Below, piece by piece: positions 1-10,057 of a stretch of 64,000 nt of DNA. The stretch's first letter is position 1. Each line of letters begins with the position of its first letter. Location: positions 2,432,001 through 2,496,000 of the forward strand of contig OZ244587.1 in assembly GCA_965218095.1 (NCBI GenBank), given 5' to 3'. Source of the stretch: Candidatus Poribacteria bacterium. GTDB lineage: Bacteria > Poribacteria > WGA-4E > PCPOR2b. A model generated the notes under the pieces. That model was not told the DNA's origin. It did no database searches and saw only the letters and a list, made by a program, of their open reading frames with translations. Both the position numbers and the translations under genes were made by a program.

Positions 1-551
1 ATCGGCTTTTCTGCACGGACCCATTCGTTACCTTTGGGAATTACACCGCCCATCGGTCCGGATTGGACATCCATCTGTCCGTAAGAAATTTCTTTGTAAT
101 AGGTTGTCAAGGAAACGCTGTTCTCAGCAAAGAGAAATTGATTAAACTCGGCGTTTGATCGCTGGCCAGGTTGATCAGAGAAGTCAACCTTAATCGCGAG
201 GACGTACTCGATACCATCTGATTGTAAGACGCCCTGCTTGCGAGCGAGGCAACAGCCTTGTAAAATGTTAAGGAATTGAGCGGGATTTGTTCTTGGCTTC
301 GGCGTCCATTTGTTTGTAGTGGGATTGTAGTCGTAAAAGAGATGGGGGTTTGGCGGCGCTGCAATGCAAAGATGAGTAAAACAAAAGAAAAATATGATGC
401 CTGAAGTGTGAAACATGAGATGTGATGCGTGACGTGTCGCGTATTGCGTAAAACGTAATGCGTAAGAGAATGGGGAAATGAAGAAGCGGAGAAGTTGGTA
501 ACTTCTCATTGTTCTCCATTCTTCCAACCTTCCAATCTTCCAATTTTCCAA
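1..551 (-). CDS. Secreted M6-family (immune inhibitor A-like) metalloprotease, 5' part only; runs off the window start
   Basis: Not in the ORF track because it has no stop in the window. Manual translation gives ...IIFFFCFTHLCIA-APPNP... (signal peptide), then YVLAIKVDFSDQ...SLTTYYKEISYGQMDV, the typical M6 domain opening. TTG start at 551 lies 7 nt after AAAGGAG; alternative in-frame ATG at 416. Confidence 0.75.
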   Translation of the reverse strand, partial: MENWKIGRLEEWRTMRSYQLLRFFISPFSYALRFTQYATRHASHLMFHTSGIIFFFCFTHLCIAAPPNPHLFYDYNPTTNKWTPKPRTNPAQFLNILQGCCLARKQGVLQSDGIEYVLAIKVDFSDQPGQRSNAEFNQFLFAENSVSLTTYYKEISYGQMDVQSGPMGGVIPKGNEWVRAEKP

Positions 552-552
552 T
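406..552. repeat. Degenerate heptamer tract followed by inverted octamer tracts
   Basis: 406-466: GCGTATT GCGTAAA ACGTAAT GCGTAAG. 467-552: purine-rich octamers followed by ATTCTTCC AACCTTCC AATCTTCC AATTTTCC. Confidence 0.8.
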
Positions 553-1093
553 CAACTACTCCTTTCGAGCGAAGATGCCAATCGTTGATTGTCGCTCACA
601 CAGTTGCCGGTGGCAGCAGAGAACCCGCCGCCGGCAACTTCCGTATGATACTGAAAACGAAAATGAAAACATCCGCGTTTAGTATCTCGTCCAAAAAATT
701 GACGAAGCGATCAACGTTCCGGTTCAATCTGTATCACAAACAAGGGGGAAAATGGAAAAATAGGAAACGTCAGGCGGGAAATATGATGCAGGGGACGTGA
801 ACCATAGGCAGATCTCATTTACCCCTGGCGCCGTCTGTCAGTGAGTGCCTTCCAGGTCGGACCATTTGAAACGGGGTAATCTGTCAGCAGTTTTTGGCGG
901 GTAGTGACGAAGAAAAGGGGAAATTGGAAAGTGGAACTTACCTTTCGCATGATCCGGGATGAGGTTTCACAAATTAAGTTCCAAAGGCACATGAATGGTG
1001 TGCCCTCGTGTGAAATTCAAAATACCAATCATCAAATGATGCGAAAGATCAGTGGAAAGTCATCGCTCGGGCTGTAAGAAATACACATGCGAA

Positions 1094-2185
1094 TTATTGG
1101 GGATAAGCCGTTGCAAGGGCTATTACCGCATACGAAGTGACAAGCACCGGATCGCGTTCCATCCAACGACTTACCTCATTTTGCCAAAAACCTTGAGGGG
1201 TTTGTTCGTCCATCAGTTTTTCGGCTAACTCCCTATACCAATCATGAGAGACGCCCTTCGCATCGACAATGATGGGTTCACCATAGGTCTTCAGCGCCTT
1301 TGCCATCGTATGATAGTTGTAGAAAAGTCCCTGTTTCTCCATGCCGTAATTTTCTTCAACCGTGAAATGTTTCTTGATCCAATCCACCGCTTCCTGCACA
1401 CGGGAGTCATTTTTGTCAACCTTGGCATAGATGAAACTCAACACCCCGGCGTAGGTCATGCTGGCGTAAGATCGGTGATTCCCCGCTTTGCTCTCGCCAT
1501 CAGGGGCATAGATAAAGCCACCATCGTCCCCCGCCCAATTCTGATCATTGGTCTCGCTGCGATTCTGACATCTTTCGAGGAATTTGATCGCTTTGTTCCA
1601 CACCTCTGGGTCATCAGAACCGCTCTCCTTGAGCCCCTGGATGGCGAAACTCATATTGGAGAGATCATGAACGGTTTCCCGACTCCCATAGCCGATTCCC
1701 CCAAAGTAGACATCGCTTTCATCTGTCACCTGTAGACTTTTAATGAAGCCCTGCGCGTCGGCAATCGCTCCGTCATATTCAGGATTCTTCGTGGATGAGA
1801 GCGCCATGAGCGAAACAGATGTATTATAATTCGGCAGGGCAGGTTGCTTGTCGATGTCATAAATCCCGCCATCGGGCTGCTGCATCTTCAGCAACGCTTT
1901 GATGGATTTCTGGATGAAGGGGTGATCGGCTTCCGCGTACTCATTTTGTGGGTGACGCAGAAAGGCTGTGATTGCCAAAGCCGTCAAACCGGGGTGATTC
2001 CTAAAAAGCCCATCCGCCTTCTGCTGCGTTTTCAACCATTCCAGTCCCCGGTCAATGGTTTCCAGAACTTTCGGATTCAAATCCTGATAGTCAGGGCTGG
2101 CTTGGGCATTGCCGTAAAAGGACTGGCTGAAAAAGATCAGTGCTAATAAAATGGTGACTTGTTTAAGTCTATTCTTCAACGTCAT
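1094..2185 (-). CDS. Secreted prenyltransferase/squalene-cyclase-like repeat protein
   Basis: QW-like repeats (GLEWLKTQQKADG, ALLKMQQPDGGIY, DEQTPQGFWQN), DLSN motif, DGGFIY and SYASMTYAG. Signal peptide ends AQA. GGAGG lies upstream of ATG 2185. Confidence 0.8.
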   Translation of the reverse strand: MTLKNRLKQVTILLALIFFSQSFYGNAQASPDYQDLNPKVLETIDRGLEWLKTQQKADGLFRNHPGLTALAITAFLRHPQNEYAEADHPFIQKSIKALLKMQQPDGGIYDIDKQPALPNYNTSVSLMALSSTKNPEYDGAIADAQGFIKSLQVTDESDVYFGGIGYGSRETVHDLSNMSFAIQGLKESGSDDPEVWNKAIKFLERCQNRSETNDQNWAGDDGGFIYAPDGESKAGNHRSYASMTYAGVLSFIYAKVDKNDSRVQEAVDWIKKHFTVEENYGMEKQGLFYNYHTMAKALKTYGEPIIVDAKGVSHDWYRELAEKLMDEQTPQGFWQNEVSRWMERDPVLVTSYAVIALATAYPQ

Positions 2186-2371
2186 GTGTTGTGTAACCTC
2201 CATTATTTTTTGCTGTATTTTTGCTGTAAATGAGAGAATGTAGACCGTCAGAAACATGGAGCAAACAGTATGCCAATATCTGAATACCGTACTTATTTAG
2301 GAGTGGTAGAGCAATATCCAAGCTAACGTTCAATAAATGAACAGAGGTGTTCATAAAATAACCGAATCCCC

Positions 2372-3406
2372 TTAAAACTGCACAGCCTCCCCTGTTTCTG
2401 AGGAGCGCATCGCCGCATCGTAAATCTGCATGGTGCGTCTGACTTCTTCTGGCTTGACGATGAGTTCTGCCCCTTTGTTCAGGACATCGGAAATATTTTG
2501 ATAGTAGGACTTCCAAGAACCTCCGACGCTCTCAATCACAAGTTCGCGCTGCTCGCCGCCCGCTTCCGTCCAGACTTTCGCGTAGTTAGCGGGGTCTTCC
2601 TCCGCCGCGTCAATGTTTCCCTCCACCATCGGTCGTTCTTGCGCGTCTAATCCATACTTAATCAGTCCCCCGAGCTCGCCGAGGACGTACCAGTGCGGCT
2701 TCTCGGCCTTCGCTAGGTTGCTAATCTCTATCTGATAGCGCACACCGTTCTCGAACTTTATCAGGAGGTTCGCATAGTTGCCGATGTCGATGTCCCACCG
2801 CGTATCATAATGAATATCGCAGAAAACGGTTTTGACCGGCACAGAGACAAGTTGCAGGGCTTGATCAATGAGGTGGGCAGGCCAATCGAACAGGATGCCA
2901 CCGCTCTGTTTTTTGACGCCACGCCAAGTTCTCGGCGGGCTGTATCTCATGATGGCAACTTGAAACAGGTACGGCGTCCCAAGCAGGCCATCCACAACCA
3001 CCTTTTTAATGGTCAGATAGTCCCAATCCCAACGGCGGTTGTGGAAGACACTCAACAAAACGTTGTTGCGCTTGCTTGCTTCGATCATCGCATCTGCTTC
3101 TGCGGCGTTCATGCACATGATCTTGTCCGTGACGAGGTGTTTCCCGGCATCCATTGCTTTGATTGCGAGCTCCGTGTGTGTGTCGTGCGGCGTTGCGAGA
3201 ATAACGAGGTCTACGTTATCGTCCGAGATAGCCTGATCGATGGTTTCATAGATTTTTACGCCGGGGTAGTCTTGCGCGGCGGCTTGGCGCCTTTCGGCGT
3301 TCCGTGACGCAATGGCGTAAAGGTTTAGCCCATCTGCCAAACCGACAAGGTAGGCGTGAAAACATCGTCCGGCGTAGCCGTATCCGATAATTGCTGTGTT
3401 GATCAT
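2372..3406 (-). CDS. Gfo/Idh/MocA family oxidoreductase
   Basis: IIGYGYAG Rossmann motif, AGKHLVTDKIM, VFHNRRWD, GGILFDWPAHLID. Confidence 0.92.
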   Translation of the reverse strand: MINTAIIGYGYAGRCFHAYLVGLADGLNLYAIASRNAERRQAAAQDYPGVKIYETIDQAISDDNVDLVILATPHDTHTELAIKAMDAGKHLVTDKIMCMNAAEADAMIEASKRNNVLLSVFHNRRWDWDYLTIKKVVVDGLLGTPYLFQVAIMRYSPPRTWRGVKKQSGGILFDWPAHLIDQALQLVSVPVKTVFCDIHYDTRWDIDIGNYANLLIKFENGVRYQIEISNLAKAEKPHWYVLGELGGLIKYGLDAQERPMVEGNIDAAEEDPANYAKVWTEAGGEQRELVIESVGGSWKSYYQNISDVLNKGAELIVKPEEVRRTMQIYDAAMRSSETGEAVQF

Positions 3407-3438
3407 AGGGTACTCCTTTGCTTGTGAAATCTCTTTAT

Positions 3439-4449
3439 CTATTTTTTATAGATCATTTTTCCCCAACTCAGCACAACCCCCAGCAGATTCTCATCCCATT
3501 CCATCAACAATTGATATGCTTCCGCAACCTTCGTCCCCGGCAACCGGTGGGTAATCAACGGCGCAACGACGATACGATGCTGGGCGATAAGTCGAAGCGA
3601 TAACTCCCAATCGTCGCGGGTTGTCCAAAAGTTTGGGGAAGAATCCTGACGCGGGCGAACAGAATTATGGGCGCCAATAACGTTCAATCCCTTTTTGTGG
3701 ACATCGCGGTAAAAATTCACGCCCTCCGTTTCACCACGTGTACTGGCAAGCAGAACAACCCGTCCACACCACCCCGCTAGTTTGAAAGCGGTATTAATCA
3801 CTTCCGGATGACCGGTCGCTTCAATGACAACGGCCGGGGCTTTTCCTTTTGTTATTTCGGCAAGCTGTTGATCGAAATCGCCAGCCCCTGGGTTCAGGGC
3901 ATAATCCGCTCCGACGTCCGTTGCAAGTTTTAAGCGGCTATCGGCGAGATCCGCACCTATCACGGGCAATGCGCCACTGAGCTTTGCAAGCTGCATCGCA
4001 AACAGGCCAATCAAACCGCCGCCCAACACGAGAACCGGCTCTCCAAGCTCAATCCTAGCTTTCCGAACCCCTTGCAGAGAAATGATGCACAGGTTGAAGA
4101 AAACCGCTTCCTCCGAGGGGAGATCTGTTTCCATTATCTTGATCAGGCTATCCGCCGACGCTGTAAAATGGCTTGTGTGTCCTCTTGATGAGGCGACGCG
4201 ATCGCCGATGTCAAAACCACTAACGTTTGCGCCGGCATCAATAACCCTACCAATATTACTGTAACCGGGATATGAAGGGTAATTTCCCTGTGCATTGGGA
4301 AGTCCAAGCAGGAAAGCCCGCTCCGTGCCTGGACTAATCAGGGAACATTCGGTTGCCGCCAGAACTTCATTATTGCCCATAGGCGGGATGTCAAACTCTT
4401 CTATCTCAACCGTCGCTTGGCTGGGCCAAACGACTCGCTGTCCTTTCAT
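3439..4449 (-). CDS. Medium-chain (zinc-type) alcohol dehydrogenase-like protein
   Basis: SLISPGTE, PGYSNIG, GGGLIG NAD-binding motif, VIEATG, LITHR. Confidence 0.88.
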   Translation of the reverse strand: MKGQRVVWPSQATVEIEEFDIPPMGNNEVLAATECSLISPGTERAFLLGLPNAQGNYPSYPGYSNIGRVIDAGANVSGFDIGDRVASSRGHTSHFTASADSLIKIMETDLPSEEAVFFNLCIISLQGVRKARIELGEPVLVLGGGLIGLFAMQLAKLSGALPVIGADLADSRLKLATDVGADYALNPGAGDFDQQLAEITKGKAPAVVIEATGHPEVINTAFKLAGWCGRVVLLASTRGETEGVNFYRDVHKKGLNVIGAHNSVRPRQDSSPNFWTTRDDWELSLRLIAQHRIVVAPLITHRLPGTKVAEAYQLLMEWDENLLGVVLSWGKMIYKK

Positions 4450-4768
4450 CCGTTCCTCCTGATTGAAGTGTTATACCCGTCTGCTCCAGGGTACAGGACG
4501 CAGTCATATGCTGTTTAGTATACAACATGTCCGGTTAAAGGTCTACGATAAAATGGAGCGCTTATTTGTGAACTCTTTACCGACTTTTGGCAGCGGAATT
4601 CTCCTCTGCTGCCTCACAGAAAAAACGCTGACGATATCAACCGGTTAAACGTATTCTTCGTCCCCATCGTCGAAAATATGACATCAGGTTGGTTGCGTAT
4701 TTTTCATTGGTTTCTGACTGACTGTCAACGGCTAAAAACTGAATGGATCTTGATTCGGAGGAGTGTAT

Positions 4769-5494
4769 ATGAAGAACATCGCCGCAATTGTCATTAAAGA
4801 GTTAAACACCTACTTTGCCTCACCCATCGCCTACTTCGTGTTCTTTATTTTTATAGCGGTTTCCGGGTTCCTATTCAGCGAAGTACTGTTATATTACGCC
4901 CGGAATCAGTATTCAACGACTAATGTGATGTGGGCCTGGTTTAACAGCGTCAGCGTCACCCTCCTCTTTTTCACCCCGGCTTTGACGATGAAACTTTTTG
5001 CAGAAGAAAAGAAAACAGGTACAATCGAACTACTGATGACTTCTCCGCTCAAAGATACCGAAGTTGTCCTTGGGAAATTCTTGGCGAGTTGGATTATGTT
5101 GTTCGTTATGCTGCTTTTAACCCTGATTTTTCCGTTGGTAACGACTCGATTCGGTGATGTAGACATTGGACCGATTATTAGCGGATATTTGGGGTTGCTG
5201 CTGCTCGGTTCGACCTTCCTCTCGCTCGGTGTGATGATATCTTCGATGACGAAAAATCAGATTGTTGCTGCTTTGACCAGTTTCGGTCTGCTACTCTCTC
5301 TCTGGCTTATCGGTTCCTTGTCGAATCGTGGCGGAACGATTGGTGATTTCTTGGGGTATCTGTCTCTCACCGAACACTTCAGCGATTTTTCGCGAGGGAC
5401 TGTCTCCCTCAAGCACACAGTTTACTATCTGAGTTTCGCCATCGTCTGTCTTTTCTTTACGGTTAAATCATTTGAATCATCAAAGTGGAGGTAA
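4769..5494 (+). CDS. ABC-2 transporter permease, GldF-like
   Basis: KELNTYFASPIAY, PALTMKLFAEEKKTGTIELLMTSP, LGKFLA; about 6 TM segments; RBS GGAGGAG. Confidence 0.9.
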   Translation: MKNIAAIVIKELNTYFASPIAYFVFFIFIAVSGFLFSEVLLYYARNQYSTTNVMWAWFNSVSVTLLFFTPALTMKLFAEEKKTGTIELLMTSPLKDTEVVLGKFLASWIMLFVMLLLTLIFPLVTTRFGDVDIGPIISGYLGLLLLGSTFLSLGVMISSMTKNQIVAALTSFGLLLSLWLIGSLSNRGGTIGDFLGYLSLTEHFSDFSRGTVSLKHTVYYLSFAIVCLFFTVKSFESSKWR

Positions 5495-5499
5495 TTTTG

Positions 5500-7140
5500 A
5501 TGCTTAAAACAAGTGCACCAGAAGATGCAAAATCACGAACAGGCGATAAGTTGGCACCTCTGCTGGGTTTTCTCACGCTCATCCTTCTGTTTGCAACACT
5601 GTCGAGCCTATTTCTACATCAACGCCTCGCCTTCGGAATTTTCCTCGTTCTTGGAATTGCCTCGTTGACTGCTTTTGTCCTTCTGAGTCGGGGTGCGGTA
5701 TTCCGCTTTTTTGTGAGCCGTCAAGCCCGCTACGGCGCAAACGTTGGCGTTTCCGTTTTGCTAGTGATTGGGATTGCCGTTATCGTTAATGTCATCGTCG
5801 CGCAAAGGTTCGATACATCCGCAGACTGGACGGCGGATAAGATATATACCCTGTCAGACCAGACGAAGAAAATTTTGCGTGGATTAGATCGAGAGGTTCG
5901 GGTAATAGCGTTTTTCAGTATGAACTCCGCCGATGAAGGATCTCGATCCGTGCGGGAACTGCTGGAGATATATCGGCGTGAAACAGACAAACTCCACATC
6001 GAATTCGTTGATCCGGTCGCAGACGCGCTGAAGTTTCAGGAATATGAGATTCAGTTTGATGGAACAACGGTATTCGAGAGCGGTGGGGTGCGGGAGCGCG
6101 TAACAACCATTGATGAACAGAAATTTACCAGCGCAATTCTGAAGGTCGTCCGTGATGAGGTCAAGAAGATTTATTTTTTGACGGGTCACGAGGAGCGATC
6201 CATTGATGATTTTGATAGGGTTGGCTACAACCAAGCCTCAGAGGAATTGGAAAAACAGAATTATAAAGTCGAGTCATTGATTTTGACGACACAATCAGAA
6301 ATCCCCGTCGATTGTGTCGTCCTTATTATTCCCGGGCCAAAAGCTGCACTTACCCCACATGAAGTGAACGCGATCTCCAGGTATCTTGATAGTAATGGCA
6401 AATTGTTCTTGCTGCTTGACCCTTTAATCGCTTCAGCGGAGGATCCGAATCAGCCGTTGATTGATTTAATGGATCGGTGGGGTGTTACGGTGGGCAATGA
6501 TTATGTCCTTGTTCTTGATCCACGTTTCCAATACGTGCTTGGAGGTCCTGCGGCACCGGTCGTTCTAGATTTTGAGTTTCATCAGATTACCCGCTTTGTC
6601 GCGCCAACTATATTTCAGATTGCTCGATCTGTTACGCTGAAAGAGAGGGTCAGACCAGATCTCAACATCAAATCCCTGGCAAAGACCATTGATCAAATTG
6701 GGGTGAGTTGGGGGGAGACAAAGCGTAAAGATGATGGCACGTTTGAGTCGGCTCCGGTCTATACAGAAGGCGAAGATACGCCGCCTCCGGTTTCTCTTGC
6801 CATCGCAGTCGAATTTGAGGAAGGTGACGCGACAACAGGGAATAATCAATCGCCCGATGCACCCAAGGAAACAAAAACCCGAATTGTTGTGGTGGGGGAT
6901 TCGGATTTTGCCTCAAACGCATTTTTCAAGAGTCTCGGGGGAGGCACGCTCTTTCTGAATGCGGTGAACTGGCTGACTCTGGAGGAAAATCTGATTGCCA
7001 TCCGCCCCATTGACCCGAGCGAGCGAAGTCTTCGCCTGCTAACGGGGGGCGAAGTGGCCTTTGTGCGAATGGTATCGATTTTTCTGATTCCGTTAATTAT
7101 CTTTCTGATCGGCGTGGGGGTCTGGTGGCGACGGCGGTAA
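5500..7140 (+). CDS. GldG-like ABC transporter auxiliary component
   Basis: DWTADKIYTLSDQT, IYFLTGHEE, RIVVVGDSDF, FLNAVNWL, C-terminal TM ending VWWRRR; follows the GldF-like gene. Confidence 0.9.
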   Translation: MLKTSAPEDAKSRTGDKLAPLLGFLTLILLFATLSSLFLHQRLAFGIFLVLGIASLTAFVLLSRGAVFRFFVSRQARYGANVGVSVLLVIGIAVIVNVIVAQRFDTSADWTADKIYTLSDQTKKILRGLDREVRVIAFFSMNSADEGSRSVRELLEIYRRETDKLHIEFVDPVADALKFQEYEIQFDGTTVFESGGVRERVTTIDEQKFTSAILKVVRDEVKKIYFLTGHEERSIDDFDRVGYNQASEELEKQNYKVESLILTTQSEIPVDCVVLIIPGPKAALTPHEVNAISRYLDSNGKLFLLLDPLIASAEDPNQPLIDLMDRWGVTVGNDYVLVLDPRFQYVLGGPAAPVVLDFEFHQITRFVAPTIFQIARSVTLKERVRPDLNIKSLAKTIDQIGVSWGETKRKDDGTFESAPVYTEGEDTPPPVSLAIAVEFEEGDATTGNNQSPDAPKETKTRIVVVGDSDFASNAFFKSLGGGTLFLNAVNWLTLEENLIAIRPIDPSERSLRLLTGGEVAFVRMVSIFLIPLIIFLIGVGVWWRRR

Positions 7141-7162
7141 AACGTAATGCGTAAAACGTAAT
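7137..7162. repeat. Heptamer tract at a convergent gene junction
   Basis: GTAAA ACGTAAT GCGTAAA ACGTAAT, overlapping the gldG-like stop codon. Confidence 0.75.
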
Positions 7163-7193
7163 ATTTGTCAAGTCCTACGTGTACGCTTTCGGA

Positions 7194-7652
7194 TTAGCTT
7201 GAATTTGGTAAATTAAGGAGCTCATCGGCAGATCCACGGGTGGCGAATTTACCAAAGTCCATTAGGTATTCTCGATAATGCTGCGGATAGATTTGAATCG
7301 CAGCCTTAATTAACGGCACGAGTGTCATAATCTTCGAGAGTGAGCCGATGGGAACAATCTGCCGTTTGGTGATTGCGCCCATTACGTTGATCTCCCCCAT
7401 CCAAAATTGATGGGCGACGTCGCCCGTCATGGCAAGTTCAACGTCGGGTTTTTCATCACATTCGCCGTAGTGGATGGCTTGCTCCCCGTTTCGCGCAACG
7501 AGCGTAATGGAAGCCTCTGGTTTTGTGCAAGTAAACTTTACTGCTAATTCCAGCGACCTCAATGCTTCCTGTGTTTGCGTATGAGATTTCATCCGCTCAA
7601 ATAATCCACCGATGCAGGCGTAGAGTTCGTCCACAGTTTCAAAAACTGGCAT
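7194..7652 (-). CDS. SCP2 sterol/lipid-binding domain protein
   Basis: PDVELAMTGDVAHQFWMGEINVMGAITKRQIVPIG matches the SCP2 C-terminal pattern. Confidence 0.8.
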   Translation of the reverse strand: MPVFETVDELYACIGGLFERMKSHTQTQEALRSLELAVKFTCTKPEASITLVARNGEQAIHYGECDEKPDVELAMTGDVAHQFWMGEINVMGAITKRQIVPIGSLSKIMTLVPLIKAAIQIYPQHYREYLMDFGKFATRGSADELLNLPNSS

Positions 7653-7729
7653 GGCTGGAAATCCTTCCTTGACCCACAAATTCGCTAATCCCTCGGTTGT
7701 CGAGTTGCCTCGCCTTCACGTTTCATGCC

Positions 7730-8989
7730 CTAGCTCCACAGCCTATCGTGCGACCGTTCTTTATCCCATTCCGTCGTCGGAGCGAAGTATTCCGGATTGT
7801 CCGGGTGGAGATGTTCCTTGATGGCGTCTGGATTGAGCTCGATGCCGAGCCCTGGTGTCTCTGGCACTTCCATATACCCATCTTGGATAATTGGATTGGG
7901 AAGCCCGGTTACCAACTCATCCCACCACGGATTGTCAACGGAGTGGTTTTCCAAGACGAGGAAGTTTTCCGTCGCGGCGGCACAATGGACGCTTGCCATT
8001 GCGCAAACCGGCGTTCCTGCCATGTGTAGCGCCATGGCGACGCCGTGTTCTTGAGCGTGGTCGCCAATCTTCTTCGTCTCCAGAATCCCGCCCGATGTAG
8101 CGATATCCGGATGACAGACGGCAATGGCTTTTGCTTCAAACAGCTTCATAAACTCTTCTTTGCAGTAGATGTCCTCACCTGTGCAGATTGGTGTTGCACA
8201 CGAGTTTGAAAGTCGGACGTACTGATCTGTGTACTGCCACGGCACCATATCCTCTAGCCACGCAAGATTGTACTTTTCCAAAGCCCTGCCGAGGCGGATA
8301 CAGTCATCGATTCCGATATGACCAAAGTGGTCGGTCGCAAGCGGAATCTCGTAGCCGATGACTTCTCGCACGGTTTCGACGTACTCACATAAAAGCCCAA
8401 TCCCTTTGTCTGTCAGACGGATACCGGTGAACGGGTGCATCAGGTTGCTCGTATCGAGATGTCCCGCCGGCGCGCAGAGGGTTCCCGGAATGTCTCTGAC
8501 GAGCCCGATGCCAACGTCCATCTTCAAGAAGGTAAACCCATGGTCCATCCGTTCCTGAAGTTTCTTCCCCATCGCCTCGGGGTCTTTAAGTGTCGGCGTG
8601 TCGGAATAGCAGCGGATCTTGTCGCGGAATTTTCCGCCCGTGAGTTGGTAGCAGGGGACGCCGTAAGCTTTGCCGGCGAGATCCATCAGCGCCATCTCGA
8701 TTCCGCATACACCGCCGCCTTGGCGTGCATGGGCCCCAAACTGCTTAATCTGGCGAAAGATCTTATCGACATTGCACGGGTTCTCTCCCAATATTCGACT
8801 TTTGAGTAACAGTACGTATGTTTTGCTCGCCCCGTCACGCACTTCGCCGAGTCCATAGATACCCTGATTCGTGTCCAGCTTGAGGATGGGGCCACCGGTT
8901 GTTGTTCTGGCGATGCGCATGTCGGTAATTTTCAGTTGAGATGGACGAGAATTTGTGTTCACATTTGATGAAATTTCTTCAGATGTCAT
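7730..8989 (-). CDS. Mandelate racemase/muconate lactonizing enzyme family protein
   Basis: GIEMALMDLAGKAYGVP, FLKMD, metal ligands in TDHFGH, WLED and TGED, HPDIATSGGILETKKI. Confidence 0.93.
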   Translation of the reverse strand: MTSEEISSNVNTNSRPSQLKITDMRIARTTTGGPILKLDTNQGIYGLGEVRDGASKTYVLLLKSRILGENPCNVDKIFRQIKQFGAHARQGGGVCGIEMALMDLAGKAYGVPCYQLTGGKFRDKIRCYSDTPTLKDPEAMGKKLQERMDHGFTFLKMDVGIGLVRDIPGTLCAPAGHLDTSNLMHPFTGIRLTDKGIGLLCEYVETVREVIGYEIPLATDHFGHIGIDDCIRLGRALEKYNLAWLEDMVPWQYTDQYVRLSNSCATPICTGEDIYCKEEFMKLFEAKAIAVCHPDIATSGGILETKKIGDHAQEHGVAMALHMAGTPVCAMASVHCAAATENFLVLENHSVDNPWWDELVTGLPNPIIQDGYMEVPETPGLGIELNPDAIKEHLHPDNPEYFAPTTEWDKERSHDRLWS

Positions 8990-9257
8990 TATATCTTCCT
9001 AAAACATATGTGACGGGTTGGGTAATGATATTGCCTTTTACGACGCCCCCTGAATTGTTATCTAGCCCAATGCCACCTCCATTCTTGCGAATCTCATTTC
9101 CTTCGATGGTCGCATCCGATGCGCTCAAATCAATGCCCGCTCCGTCATTTTTCGTGATTATGTTCTTCTTGTGGATGATCAGATTTGACGAACTGCCCTC
9201 AATGCCATTATCGCCATTTCCAGAAAGTGCCTGGCTACTTTTTCGTACGTTCTTCAA
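8979..9257 (-). CDS. Short right-handed beta-helix (PbH1) repeat ORF, probably a fragment
   Basis: NIITKNDGAGI, IEGNEIRKNGGGIGL and VKGNII repeats in 92 aa; overlaps both neighbouring genes. Confidence 0.6.
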   Translation of the reverse strand: MKNVRKSSQALSGNGDNGIEGSSSNLIIHKKNIITKNDGAGIDLSASDATIEGNEIRKNGGGIGLDNNSGGVVKGNIITQPVTYVLGRYNDI

Positions 9258-9979
9258 CTCAGCGCCTTGAGCGCAACATCCAGTGCTGTCAGATGAGCCG
9301 CTGTCCGTTGCTCAAGGGGCCAACTTGTTGGCGTCTCACAAATCATGACATGATCAGAATGGAAGTGGTACAAATAAGCGACCAGCCCTGCATCACCCCA
9401 GGCAGGATCTACCTGAAAAACGCCATCAGCAATGGGCAGATCGTTTTCTCCCGCCTCACCATCAATCTGACCAATCTCTTCGATTGCACGAGTGACTTTG
9501 GGCCCAATCCACCCCTCATCGCGTTGACCTTCGTAAAGGTAAACGCCTATTGCTTCCCAATCTTCATGGAAGTCGATGCAGAAATCAAAACGCTGTCCTT
9601 CAATCGTTTCTTTGATAATGTCTACCTCAGCAACGCCTGTTTCTTCAAATGAGCGATTCAGATCTAAACCCCGCTTGTTCTCCCTCGTGTTATGCACATA
9701 ACCGTAAGGATTAATACACGGTAAAATCAGGAATCTGAAACGTTGCAGCAAATCTGTGTTATCCCGCTCCAAGAAACGCAAAACCAACGTCGGCCCAGCG
9801 GGCTCGTCGCCGTGAATCCCCCCGGTGATCAGGATGTTTTTGCGCACATCTAGACCGTCCTCCAGCAAAGCACGATAGATGGGATAGTCGTCCACAACAC
9901 CTGCGGTTTCTATCCGCATACAGGGCGACTTTAGGGATTTCAACCGTTCTGTGAAGCGAGTATAATCTTGACCACTCAC
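9254..9979 (-). CDS. M14 family metallocarboxypeptidase / succinylglutamate desuccinylase-like
   Basis: GGIHGDEPAG, INPYGY, RENKRGLDLNRSF, IDFHED, ETP. Confidence 0.9.
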   Translation of the reverse strand: MSGQDYTRFTERLKSLKSPCMRIETAGVVDDYPIYRALLEDGLDVRKNILITGGIHGDEPAGPTLVLRFLERDNTDLLQRFRFLILPCINPYGYVHNTRENKRGLDLNRSFEETGVAEVDIIKETIEGQRFDFCIDFHEDWEAIGVYLYEGQRDEGWIGPKVTRAIEEIGQIDGEAGENDLPIADGVFQVDPAWGDAGLVAYLYHFHSDHVMICETPTSWPLEQRTAAHLTALDVALKALS

Positions 9980-10057
9980 TTTCCGTGCCCCCTTCTTGTA
10001 ACTGCGTAATCGTTCAGGCCCAGGACGAAGAAGGATCCATGCCCCCCTGAACTCTTA

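Noticed and set aside
406-552. CRISPR array interpretation of the short repeats
   Set aside because: Units are 7-8 bp, degenerate and lack spacers; no cas genes are present.
780-1080. Possible riboswitch or ncRNA (stems TTACCCC/GGGGTAA, TGGAACTTA/TAAGTTCCA)
   Set aside because: No match to riboswitch or ribozyme consensus sequences I know. A plus frame reads like a decayed protein (VGPFETG*SVSSFWRVV...).
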